A DNA stretch of 63,549 bases, counting the filler, from Octopus bimaculoides (lineage: Eukaryota), in assembly GCF_001194135.2 (NCBI RefSeq). It is 8 parts of 8 records of this genome, joined end to end, with 100 filler letters (N's around TTAATTAATTAA, not from the genome) between each part and the next. Parts side by side here need not be neighbours in the genome. Positions count along the whole stretch, not along the records: positions 1 to 5,780 come from NC_068981.1; positions 5,881 to 18,287 come from NC_068998.1; 6 more parts are not named here. One strand, given 5' to 3'. The translations under genes were made by a program, and so were the position numbers. The notes beneath the pieces are model-generated. The model searched no databases. It was given only the letters and a program-made list of their open reading frames with translations, and was not told where the DNA came from. Every line of letters begins with the position of its first letter. Positions within the stretch are counted from its first letter, which is position 1. Below are positions 1 through 10,452 of this stretch, in pieces.

Positions 1-202
1 GAGCGTGGCCGTTTTCGTGCGGGTGACACGTAAAAGCACCCACTACACTCTCTGAGTGGTTGGCGTTAGGAAGGGCATCCAGCTGTAGAAACTCTGCCAA
101 ATCAGACTGGAACCTGGTGTTGCCATCCGGTTTCACCAGTCCTCAGTCAAATCGTCCAACCCATGCTAGCATGGAAAGCGGACGTTAAACGATGATGATG
201 AT
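1..202 (+). mobile_element. LINE-derived 3' tail repeat (tail-B), cut by the window start
   Basis: GGCGTTAGGAAGGGCATCCAGCTGTAGAAACTCTGCC...CCATGCTAGCATGGAAAGCGGACGTTAAAC(GAT)n. The reverse-complement copy lies at 60657-60800, and the same tail ends the RTE-like remnant at 4180-4253 and the SINE at 2350-2437. Confidence 0.75.
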
Positions 203-1159
203 AGGCAAATTTTTGTAAGTAATGTCTTTTTTTATGTGTTTTGTAGTCTAAAGCAAGCCATTAACAGTCAGCATTACAAACAGTTTGAATTTATTTAGAA
301 GGGTCAGTTTATACAACTTATGCTTTATCATCAGTGTCACTAATACTTTTATTTAAAAATGTCTAATTCATACAAATAAATTTTGGTAACATTGTTTTCC
401 AGTTTTGCTTTTAATTTCCAGATGTCATCTTTCTCACCTGTGAAAATTTTGTTGGCACAGCCATGAGATAAAAGTAAAAATATTATTTTTCATATTACAC
501 ACATAGAAATTAGCAAACTTAGGGTATGGAGGAGACCCTGGTAGTAATACCATCATTTTGAAGGTAGCAAAATAGGAGCTCTATTACATTATATATATAT
601 ATAAACACACATACGTACATTTGCATGCACGGCAACAAAAGAAATGATTTTTAAAAAATACCATTTTATGATTCAAGGAGGTTTTAAAAGAATCACAATT
701 TTATTTCTGAAATAAAAAATAAAAAAAAATTTTATCATGCCCTCTTCCATGGATAATCAAAGAATAGAGATATAATCCCCAAGGTTTTGATTTTTATTTC
801 TTTTTCATATATATTCCATGTGAGATGCCTGAAAGAGCAGGCTAGTTTAATTTGATCAAATCAAAAAGGTTATTGGAAATATTAGTCTTTAGAAATATAC
901 AGAATCAACAGTTATCACATTCATTCACTTACTGCCACACTTTTTTTTTTTTTTCATAGTGGGAGGTATTTGATAATACAAAGAAGGATGGCATTTTTTT
1001 TTTTTTCCTTTTTATCTAAGTCCTTGTTTATGTATGTGTGGAAAGAGTATTTGTATGATGAAAAAGTGGGTGTATATACAGAATATATAAAAAAGTAAGG
1101 AAAAATAATGCATATCATTATTTTATTGTTTAGATGAAGGGTAATAATAATAATGAGGA

Positions 1160-1626
1160 TTTCTAACATAGGCACAAGGGCCTCATATTTAGGTGTGTGT
1201 GTGTAGCGGGGAGGAGATAGTCGATTATCAGCTTCAGTACTTGATTAGTACTTCTTCATCGACTCTGGAAGCATGGCAGGACATATTGACTATGGCAGGA
1301 TTTGAACTCAGAACTAAAAGGAATACACTTAAATACCTTGAGGCATTTTGTGCAACACTGTATCAATCCACCACAGGGTAATAATAATAATAATAATGAT
1401 AGTAATTGTTTCAAATTATGATAAAAGGCCAGCTGTTTTTGCAGGAGCGGGTGAGTCAACTATTATGACACGCCCACCTCTTCCGTACTTGACTGGTATT
1501 TTATTTTATCGACCTGGAAGGGATGAAAGGAAAAGTTGACCTTGGTAGGATCTGAACTCAGAACGTAAGTGCCAGAAGAAATGCTGCAAGAATTTTGTCT
1601 GACACAAACGATTCTGCTAATCCATC

Positions 1627-1678
<52 letters not shown>

Positions 1679-1858
1679 TTTGTAATCTAAATATAAGGCC
1701 TAATATTTTGAAGGGTTAAGTCAATTAAATCAGCCCTAGTGCTTAACTGGTACTTTATTTTATCGACCCTGAAAAGGTGAAAGGCAAAATGGACCCCAGG
1801 AGGGTTTGAACTCAAAACATAAAGAGTATGAACAAATGCCCTAACAGTTCTGTCAAGT
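1160..1858 (-). mobile_element. Three head-to-tail SINE-C copies (about 1160-1373, 1410-1624, 1680-1858) separated by (AAT)n
   Basis: Each copy has the reverse complement of the tRNA-like head (...GATTTGAACTCAGAAC..., B-box GAGTTCAAAT) and the TTTATCGACC...GAAAGG core, as in the sense copy at 48195-48398. Confidence 0.8.
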
Positions 1859-2023
1859 CAATAATAATAATAATAATAATAATATATAATTATCATAATA
1901 AAAATAATAATGATGATGGTGACCATGGTTTCTTTTGCTGCTATAAAGGTGATGGGTTGAGGACATAAGAACAAATTACAAAATAGGGTTTTTCATAATT
2001 TTCACACAAACATACGTGCACAC

Positions 2024-2437
2024 ATGTGGCCTTGTGGTTCAGAAGCTTGCTTCCCAACTATGAGTCTTAGATCAAGTCCAACTATGTGATACCTTGGGTA
2101 AGCATCTTCTAGTAAGCCCAGGCTAACCAAAGCCTTGTGAGTGCATTTGGCAGACTGAAACTGAAAAAAGCCTGTCATATATGTGTGCGTGTGTGTATAT
2201 GTGTGTGTATCCATGTTTTGACATCACGGTTGTAAGTGCACATCACTATCATATGAACAGTGTTGTTCATTTCCTGTCTTCCATGAGAAACATGTCTGGC
2301 CATTAGGGAGATATTACAATGCTTGGAAGCAGGTGAAAGTTTGTGACAGGAAGGGCATCTGGTCATAGAAAATCTACCTCAAGAAATTCTGCTTGACCTA
2401 TGTGAGCATGAAAAAGTGGACGTTAAATAATGATGAT
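2024..2437 (+). mobile_element. SINE-A head and core joined to LINE tail-B
   Basis: Head and core (GCTTGCTTCCCAAC...CCTTGGG...CCAAAGCCTTGTGAGTG...AAACTGAAA) match 5573-5760. The 3' end (AGGAAGGGCATC...GCATGAAAAAGTGGACGTTAAATAATGATGATG) matches 1-202. Confidence 0.8.
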
Positions 2438-2574
2438 GTAAACACATGCACACACATACACGAATATGTATGTGTGTGTGTGTATGTATGGTACATGAAA
2501 TATCACTGATACATTTCTTTCCATTGTTATAGTCTTTTATTTATAATGTAAAGCTATAATCATGTTTACTGAAG

Positions 2575-3052
2575 GCCTCAACATTTGGGAGCTGGCTACA
2601 GTTGATTAGCTCAACCCCAGTACTCTTCAACCAATACTTATTTTATTATCAACCTCAGAAAGATAAAAGGCAAAGCTGACCTCAGCAGGATTTGAACTCA
2701 GAACATAAAGGTATGCAACTAAATACCACAAGGCTTTTTGCTGTCTGTCACTCTAACAATTCTGCCATTCTCTTGCCCTTGTATTGCCGTAAACGAAATC
2801 TTCAGAGATATGTTGGATCAGCATATGTATTCCGTCTGTGTATCATTTATGAATTTACGTGAAGTGTGTGTGTGCATGGTAGGCACTAGGCCAGAAATTT
2901 TAGGGTATGGGTTAGTCTATTATATTAACCCCCAGTACTTGACTATATCTTCATATTTTATCAACCCCCGAAAGGATGAACTCAGAATGTAAAAGAGCTG
3001 GAACAAATGCCACATGGCATTTGTCCACTGCACAAACAATACTGCTAATCCA
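2575..3052 (-). mobile_element. Two SINE-C copies (about 2575-2770 and 2878-3052)
   Basis: Both carry CCCCAGTACT...TTTATCAACC...TTTGAACTCAGAA-type blocks homologous to the other SINE-C copies; the second is internally deleted. Confidence 0.75.
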
Positions 3053-3096
3053 AATGTATTGAAGCACATTTTAAACGAAAGAACAGATGTGAAAAA

Positions 3097-3127
<31 letters not shown>

Positions 3128-3178
3128 AACAACACAAAAATTCAAAGCTTTTGATTATTTTCAGATTTTTGTGTCATT

Positions 3179-3672
3179 TCATAATCGAGTAACTTCATCT
3201 TTCTGGTTGATGTGTTCATTAGGAGGATCACTGTCTGACTGGGGAAAAAGGCTTTTATTTAAACAGTTGGTACTGCAGTTCTTGAGTTCTAACTCACTGT
3301 CCTCCTCAGCAGTAGAAAATTGTTCTTTATCAGCAACAGTTTTTGGTTTACAACATGCTGATTCTTCAGTTGAAAGAACCACTGAAAGACATTCTTGAGT
3401 ATCTGTGCTTGCTGCCACTGAGAAATTACTGCAGGTGTCAGAATCTGAATCGACACCGGTTCTTTCCAAAATGCTTGCAAGCTCTGAGGTATCACTACCA
3501 TGGCTGTTGTTGGCATCGGTATCGCATGAAATTGGGGTATAAGAAAAATGGCAGATGTTTGGAAGATTGTTCATAGAACATGGTCGAATTAAACTGTACT
3601 GGTCAAAAGCACTGTCCAAAGAACTGGCTGAACTGCGACAACTTAAGCGAGCTCCATCTGTTCTTGACAAAC
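3179..3672 (-). CDS. Probable terminal coding exon of an unidentified gene; Ser/Asp/Glu/Cys-rich, likely disordered C-terminus (about 163 aa)
   Basis: Strong acceptor TTTCTGTTTTATTTTACAG|G at 3673/3672 (phase 1). The frame is open (G)LSRTDGARLSCRSSASSLDSAFDQYS...QKDEVTRL to TGA at 3179-3181, about 490 nt of non-repetitive sequence. No domain recognised. Confidence 0.6.
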
Positions 3673-3859
3673 CTGTAAAATAAAACAGAAATATATGTCT
3701 TATTAAGAGAAAATTGATTATTTTTATGGAAACAAACAAAAAAAAAATGCAACACCTTCATTGAATATTTGCAGAACAATAGCAAAAATACCGGGTTACA
3801 AAAGAATCTCTTAGATCTTTTGTACTGAAGGCACCTAATTTTAAAAGTTAGTAAAGGTT

Positions 3860-4253
3860 TTTTTAAAGCCAAATCAAAGGGCCTTGAAGTTAACCTAGCT
3901 AAGACAAGAGTGGTTGTTAGTAAGAAAGAAGATAAAACTTTCTTTTCATCAGGTAAATGGCCCTGCTCCATATGTAGGAAAGGAGTTGGAAGAAATTCCA
4001 TTTGCTGCACCCAGTGTAAACTATGGGCACATGAGAGATGCAGTGGTATCACAGGTAGATTAATAGATAGAGTAGTCTTTGTATGTTGACATATCCTGCC
4101 AAGAGAATTGTCTGCTATCTCTGCTCTGGAATTTCTCTGGAATAAAAATCGCTTAATTGAAAAACATAAGAATTGTCTCCATGAAGTGCATCTGGTCATA
4201 AAATACCTTGCCACAATATTTATTTCTGTCTAAACTATGCTAGCATGGAAAAC
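3860..4253 (+). pseudogene. Decayed RTE-like LINE: end of RT, Cys-rich knuckle and 3' tail
   Basis: Translates SKGLEVNLAKTRVVVSKKEDKTFFSSGKWPCSICRKGVGRNSICCTQCKLWAHERCSGITGRLIDRVVFVC*, the 'GLKVNxxKT' RT end followed by a CxxC..CxxC..HxxC domain seen in RTE-group ORF2. Ends in CTATGCTAGCATGGAAAAC (tail-B). Confidence 0.8.
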
Positions 4254-4699
4254 TAATAAATGGAATGGAATGAAGCTAACTAAGTGTGTGTTCAAAAGTA
4301 CAATTCTCCAAATTAACCAAATATACTGCTCATCCTTGAGATATACAAATAGAAGACAGAGAGAAACAAAGAGTTTATATGTAATTTAAATAAAAATTAA
4401 AATTTTTAAATAAATTTTATAATGTATATTTCCTGTTGCTTCAGTTCAGCCAGATGTAGAAATGGGTTGTGATGACACTGGTGCCAAGCTTAATCAGCCT
4501 TTGCTGTACCCTTGGATAACATCAGTGACATGGAGAGGGGAGACTGGTATGCACAAGTGACTGTTGGTCTTCCATAAACAACCTTGCCTGAACTTGTGCC
4601 TTGAATGGGAACATTCTAGGTGCAATCCCATGGTTATTCATGATTGAAGCGGGTCATTATCCTTACCCATGTTACTGAGCCATCACTTTGCCCTGGTAC

Positions 4700-4935
4700 T
4701 TATAGGTGCGTGGGGAGAAAACCTCAGGAAAGAATTGCAGGAAAGATCTTTACAGGCAAGGCCAACTGGTGGAAGACCTAGGAGTAGACCACAAATGAAA
4801 TGATTGGATTATGTCCATAGCCTCAATTGATCTCATGAGGATCCCAGCTTGATCATAAATTGGTGGTTGTTTCTGATATGATGCTCTGGCAGGCATGTCT
4901 AAGGACTCTGCCTTCACAATCTTCATAGAAACAGT
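4700..4935 (+). pseudogene. RTE-clade ORF2 C-terminal remnant
   Basis: With a frameshift reads PQERIAGK.LQARPTGGRPRSRPQMK*LDYVHSL, matching the RTE C-terminal pattern 'PxERxxxxxLxxxPxGxRPRGRPxxRWxD'. Confidence 0.6.
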
Positions 4936-5258
4936 GTGAAGGTACAAGGCTTAGTGCTAAGGGGACTTGAATCACAATTGTACAGTCCTTTGTTTGATTC
5001 CCAGTGGCGCATTGTGTCCTTGAGCAAGACACTTCATTTCACACTTCTGCAGTCCACTCAGCTTGAAAAAATGAGTTGTACTTATAATTCAAGGGTTAGT
5101 CTTGTCACATTCTGTGTTATGCTGAATCTCCCTGAGAACTATGTGAAGGTTATGTATTTCTGTGGAGTGCTCAGCCACTTGCATATTAATTTCATGAGCA
5201 GGCTGTTCTGTTGATTGGATCAGCTGGAACCCTTACCATCGTAAATGATGGAGTGCCA
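4936..5258 (+). mobile_element. SINE-D (tRNA-like head, CCTTGAGCAAGACACTT core, tail T1)
   Basis: GCATTGTGTCCTTGAGCAAGACACTTCATTTCAC...CAGCCACTTGCATATTAATTTCATGAGCAGGCTGTT...GGAGTGCC; homologous to 43011-43296 and to the 3' half of 29506-29882. Confidence 0.85.
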
Positions 5259-5572
5259 GGTCTTTTTTGGAAGAGCAAGCTAAGAAGATGGAAAGATGGA
5301 TGTTTGTGTGATTAATGTGGGATTGATTCCTCCTTGGATCCTAAGCTAAAGATACAAAACAGTTCATCAGTGGGGAAGAATGCATTTTCTCTGGGCAAGA
5401 TTTGACTTGTGGAACATGGCTGCTATAGGGTAACATTTCCTGTTTGCACAATGACACATGGCTCTACTTAACTCTTACACACTTTTGTAAAACTTTCAAG
5501 TTTTTCTAACAAGTTTATGCTAATGTACATGTATATTTTTCTGTGTACATGTATACTTTTTTTATCTACATA

Positions 5573-5744
5573 GGCGCAGGTATGGCTGTGTGATAAGAAA
5601 CTTGCTTCCCAACAACATGGTTCTGGGTTCAGTCCCACTGTGTGTCACCTTGGGCAAATGTCTTCTAATACAGCCTCGGGCCGACCAAAGCCTTGTGAGT
5701 GGATCTGGTAGATGGAAACTGAAAGAAGCCTGTTGTCTGTGTGA

Positions 5745-5760
<16 letters not shown>
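5573..5760 (+). mobile_element. SINE-A, 5' half
   Basis: GGCGCAGGTATGGCTGTGTGATAAG (A-box-like), GGGTTCAGTCCC (B-box-like), then the CCTTGGGCAA...GGCCGACCAAAGCCTTGTGAGTGGAT core and a (TG)n linker. Confidence 0.85.
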
Positions 5761-5780
<20 letters not shown>

Positions 5781-5880
5781 NNNNNNNNNNNNNNNNNNNN
5801 NNNNNNNNNNNNNNNNNNNNNNNNTTAATTAATTAANNNNNNNNNNNNNNNNNNNNNNNNNNNNNNNNNNNNNNNNNNNN

Positions 5881-6250
5881 AGAAGTTTGCTTCCCAACCA
5901 CATGTTTTCAGGTTCAGTCCCACTGCATGGCATCTTGAGCAAGTGTCCTCTACTATAGCTTCGGGACGACCAAAGCCTTGTGAGTCGATTTGGTAGACGG
6001 AAACTGAAAGAAGCCCGTCGTATATATACATGTATATATGTATGTATTTACGTGTCGGAGTTTGTCCCTCCCACCGTCGCTTGACAATCGATGCTAGTGT
6101 GTTTACGTCCCTTTAACCTAGCGGTTCGGCCAAAGGAGCCGATAGAATAACTACTAGGCTTACAAAGAATAAATCCTGGGGTTAATTTGCTCAACTAAAG
6201 GCGGTACTCTAGCATGGCCGCTGTCAAATGACTGAAACAAGTAAAAGAAA
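5881..6250 (+). mobile_element. SINE-A, nearly full length
   Basis: Head and core as at 5573, plus the tail GCGGTTCGGC...GATAGAATAA...CTAAAGGCGGT...AGCATGGCCGCTGTCAAATGACTGAAACAAGTAAAAG. Confidence 0.85.
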
Positions 6251-6354
6251 AATAGAAAAAATATATACGATGTCACCCTGCTGGCTTAAGCGAGCAGGCC
6301 GGCATTAGCCCTGGTCAGAAGGCTAATCCGTCGCAGGGTCGCTCTCTTTTGCCA

Positions 6355-6435
6355 GATGACTGGAGCAACGTGAAATGAAGTGTTTTGTTGAAGAACACAA
6401 CGCGGCTCCCGGTCCGCGGTCCGAAATCACGATCT
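6355..6435 (-). mobile_element. SINE-D head and core fragment, running into a gap
   Basis: ACTGGAGCAACGTGAAATGAAGTGTTTTGTTGAAGAACACAACG is the reverse complement of the SINE-D core. Confidence 0.65.
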
Positions 6436-7174
6436 NNNNNNNNNNNNNNNNNNNNNNNNNNNNNNNNNNNNNNNNNNNNNNNNNNNNNNNNNNNNNNNNN
6501 NNNNNNNNNNNNNNNNNNNNNNNNNNNNNNNNNNNNNNNNNNNNNNNNNNNNNNNNNNNNNNNNNNNNNNNNNNNNNNNNNNNNNNNNNNNNNNNNNNNN
6601 NNNNNNNNNNNNNNNNNNNNNNNNNNNNNNNNNNNNNNNNNNNNNNNNNNNNNNNNNNNNNNNNNNNNNNNNNNNNNNNNNNNNNNNNNNNNNNNNNNNN
6701 NNNNNNNNNNNNNNNNNNNNNNNNNNNNNNNNNNNNNNNNNNNNNNNNNNNNNNNNNNNNNNNNNNNNNNNNNNNNNNNNNNNNNNNNNNNNNNNNNNNN
6801 NNNNNNNNNNNNNNNNNNNNNNNNNNNNNNNNNNNNNNNNNNNNNNNNNNNNNNNNNNNNNNNNNNNNNNNNNNNNNNNNNNNNNNNNNNNNNNNNNNNN
6901 NNNNNNNNNNNNNNNNNNNNNNNNNNNNNNNNNNNNNNNNNNNNNNNNNNNNNNNNNNNNNNNNNNNNNNNNNNNNNNNNNNNNNNNNNNNNNNNNNNNN
7001 NNNNNNNNNNNNNNNNNNNNNNNNNNNNNNNNNNNNNNNNNNNNNNNNNNNNNNNNNNNNNNNNNNNNNNNNNNNNNNNNNNNNNNNNNNNNNNNNNNNN
7101 NNNNNNNNNNNNNNNNNNNNNNNNNNNNNNNNNNNNNNNNNNNNNNNNNNNNNNNNNNNNNNNNNNNNNNNNNN

Positions 7175-7207
<33 letters not shown>

Positions 7208-7844
7208 ATGTATGTATGTAAATATATATATATATGTATATATATCAACACGCTTTCATGTATGTACATATAGACATAAGCTAGTTTTGTTAATAAATAA
7301 ACATGTGTAGGTTTGTGGCTGTGTGTGGCGAGAGAGAGAGAGAGAGGGAGGGAGAGAGATCGAGAGAGAGAGGAAGGGAGATCGCGAGAGAGAGAGAGAG
7401 GGGGGAGGGAGAGAGAGATGGAGAGAGAGAGAGAAAGGGAGGTACGTTCATTTGATGGCATCAATGTTTGTTTTGTATGATTCCGTGGTGTGGTTCTTTG
7501 ATCTGGCGCAGTGATGTCATTTGCATTGATCATGTGATAATGATGTGGTATGGTGGCCTGATGGTATGCTCTGCTTTTACTCTTCACTTTCAATTTCTAT
7601 ATATATATGCATATTTGTATATATATGTAATGTATTCACATATATATATAAAGTATATCTGTAATACACACACACACACATATAAATTTATTTTTGTATC
7701 TGTCGAGGGTCATTATGCTAATAAGATGACCCTCCCAAGATAACAAATTATGTTTCAACACACGATTTCACATGAAGAATTTTTCAAACAAAATACAGAA
7801 GCGATACACGCACGTACGCACACACACATACACACACACACACG

Positions 7845-7892
<48 letters not shown>

Positions 7893-9000
7893 CATACATA
7901 TTTGCTTATATATATATATATATATATATANNNNNNNNNNNNNNNNNNNNNNNNNNNNNNNNNNNNNNNNNNNNNNNNNNNNNNNNNNNNNNNNNNNNNN
8001 NNNNNNNNNNNNNNNNNNNNNNNNNNNNNNNNNNNNNNNNNNNNNNNNNNNNNNNNNNNNNNNNNNNNNNNNNNNNNNNNNNNNNNNNNNNNNNNNNNNN
8101 NNNNNNNNNNNNNNNNNNNNNNNNNNNNNNNNNNNNNNNNNNNNNNNNNNNNNNNNNNNNNNNNNNNNNNNNNNNNNNNNNNNNNNNNNNNNNNNNNNNN
8201 NNNNNNNNNNNNNNNNNNNNNNNNNNNNNNNNNNNNNNNNNNNNNNNNNNNNNNNNNNNNNNNNNNNNNNNNNNNNNNNNNNNNNNNNNNNNNNNNNNNN
8301 NNNNNNNNNNNNNNNNNNNNNNNNNNNNNNATATATACACATACATACATATTAATGTATGTACCTATGGTGTGTGTAAGTATGTATATATATATATATA
8401 TATATGCGAGCATACGTGAGTTCGTATGTCTGTGCGTATCCGTGTGTGTATGATTAATACACACATCACAGCATGTACTAGAAACCTTCGCTTCACTTAC
8501 CCTTTTACCCCACACATCCTTTCACTCCACACACGCATAAATATCCCCCACCCACAAAATATTTTATTAATAGCCATAAATTCCACTTATGGGTGCTGCC
8601 ATTGTCTGCATCTAACATAAATATTTCCCTTACGAAAAAAGAAAAAAATCCTTACCGTGACCAATATGAATATAAATATTTATACACTAATGAACCTCAC
8701 ATTCTCCAACAAACCGCGATGTTTGCTCAATAGCCATATTACCACACCTATTTGCCGACAGCAGGACTAAGTGAAAATAAATATTATCAATCTTTATCAA
8801 TTTATTTAATCACACACAAAAACAAAACAGACGCAGATCTCTACAAGACTTGTCCATTTTGTCTTTGAATAAGAACGAATTAAAAAGGGAACAAACCAGC
8901 CCCGCCACAATACACATGCCAAGTTTGAACGAAATAAAAGAAACCCTTCGGCCAGAGATGAAACTTAGTTACAGGAAGGCATTGAAGTTTACATATACAT

Positions 9001-9095
9001 ATAGGCTTGGCTTAGCTTTGTGGTAGGAAGTTTGTTTCCCAACCAGATGGTCCTGGGTTCAGTCCCACTGCGTGGCACCTTGGGAAAGTGTCTTC
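9001..9095 (+). mobile_element. SINE-A head fragment
   Basis: GTGGTAGGAAGTTTGTTTCCCAACCAGATGGTCCTGGGTTCAGTCCCACTGCGTGGCACCTTGGGAAAGTGTCTTC. Confidence 0.8.
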
Positions 9096-9115
9096 CGCAG
9101 TGGGCTCATAGTTAT

Positions 9116-9240
9116 GTGCACCGATGAAGCTATAAGGTGTTACTTGGGCACTCCACTATGAGTACACTGCATCCACACAGCAGAAACAACTGTAAGCCAA
9201 TGAAATTCATAAATAATCGTTTATTCCTTTATCATCTCAT
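9116..9240 (+). mobile_element. Decayed hammerhead-bearing repeat (same family as 58181-58296)
   Basis: CCGATGAAGCTATA...CACAGCAGAAACAACTGTAAGCCAATGAAATTCATAAATAAT...CCTTTATCATCTC aligns colinearly with 58181-58298. The best-kept blocks are CTGATGAA and GAAACAGCTGTAAG. Confidence 0.6.
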
Positions 9241-9688
9241 TTTCTTAAATACATACATACATACACACATGTATATATATATATATATATATATATATNN
9301 NNNNNNNNNNNNNNNNNNNNNNNNNNNNNNNNNNNNNNNNNNNNNNNNNNNNNNNNNNNNNNNNNNNNNNNNNNNNNNNNNNNNNNNNNNNNNNNNNNNN
9401 NNNNNNNNNNNNNNNNNNNNNNNNNNNNNNNNNNNNNNNNNNNNNNNNNNNNNNNNNNNNNNNNNNNNNNNNNNNNNNNNNNNNNNNNNNNNNNNNNNNN
9501 NNNNNNNNNNNNNNNNNNNNNNNNNNNNNNNNNNNNNNNNNNNNNNNNNNNNNNNNNNNNNNNNNNNNNNNNNNNNNNNNNNNNNNNNNNNNNNTATATA
9601 TTTGGCAGGAATGGCAACAAAAGAAAGAAAGAGACCTTATTTCCCTTTGTTTTTATTTCCATAACGGTTGTTTTTCAAATAGAATATC

Positions 9689-9769
9689 CGGTGGCTGGAT
9701 AACTGAAGAGATGGTTGGAGCGGAACCCCGCCCGGGCATCGGAAACTCGGAGTTTTATGATGGCTACTG
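9689..9769 (+). ncRNA. Type I hammerhead ribozyme-like motif, near-intact
   Basis: ATAA | CTGAAGA (9703-9709) | GATG...CATC (stem II) | G GAAA | C-T-C-G-G-A-G (stem III ACTC/GAGT) | GTT cleavage triplet | TTAT. Stem I extends beyond an internal loop: CGGTGGCT (9689-9696) pairs with GGCTACTG (9762-9769). One extra G at 9741. Confidence 0.7.
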
Positions 9770-10313
9770 AATAAGTGTCACATATCTTTACAGATATATA
9801 TATATATGTATATGCGCACATATACATGTACGCACATACAGTCGCGTGCACATCGACTCTCAACAGTACTATATTATTTGGGTATATTTAGAATTGGTAA
9901 CCTATTCCGTTCACCTCTGAATGCCTCAATCACACACACACACACACACACACATACACGCACGCACGCACGCACTTACATACGCGCACATGACATATAC
10001 GCACTGCGACATGACGACACAGTCACTCGCACGCACCCACATAAGCCGGCGGATGCTAGCAGGCTGTCTCGGGATATGTTCCACATCAGGGGTGTGTGTG
10101 TATGTGTGTGTGTGTTTGTGTATGTGCGTGTAAATGTGTGAGAGTGTGTGTATAGGTTTGTGTGAGAGACTGTGTCGTTTCGTATGTGTGTGTTTTATCG
10201 ATCTTTATTTTACAGTCTAATGGAGGATAGAAGACGCTGAGTAAAGAAAACGATCTTTGCAGATAACTGCTGAAGAATCTTTATTAACCTCGGAAGTGGT
10301 TGAGTATATCTAG

Positions 10314-10315
10314 CA

Positions 10316-10355
<40 letters not shown>

Positions 10356-10356
10356 T
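10314..10356 (+). repeat. (CTA)n microsatellite
   Basis: About 14 CTA units directly abutting the LINE remnant at 10357. Confidence 0.95.
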
Positions 10357-10452
10357 CTGAAAATGATACCAGGCCTACCATCCCTGCAGGAAGTGCAAAA
10401 AATCGTGTTAACTGGAGCAACTCATGTACTGAGAAGAGCATTATCGCTGTGA
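10357..10452 (+). pseudogene. 5'-truncated C-terminus of an R4/Dong-like (restriction-like endonuclease) non-LTR retrotransposon
   Basis: Reads LKMIPGLPSLQEVQKIVLTGATHVLRRALSL*, resembling the terminal 'QKxxLxGTxHILRxxL' motif of RLE-type LINEs. Confidence 0.6.

Noticed and set aside
5781-5880. Recurring TTAATTAATTAA palindrome (seven times)
   Set aside because: Always centred in an exact 100-bp N block; an assembly linker with stops in all frames, not biology.
6375-8515. Long ORFs in the supplied track that span N runs or dinucleotide repeats (also at 10.5, 12.8, 17, 31.6, 52-57 and 61 kb)
   Set aside because: Open only because N and (TA)n/(CA)n/(GA)n contain no stops in those frames.
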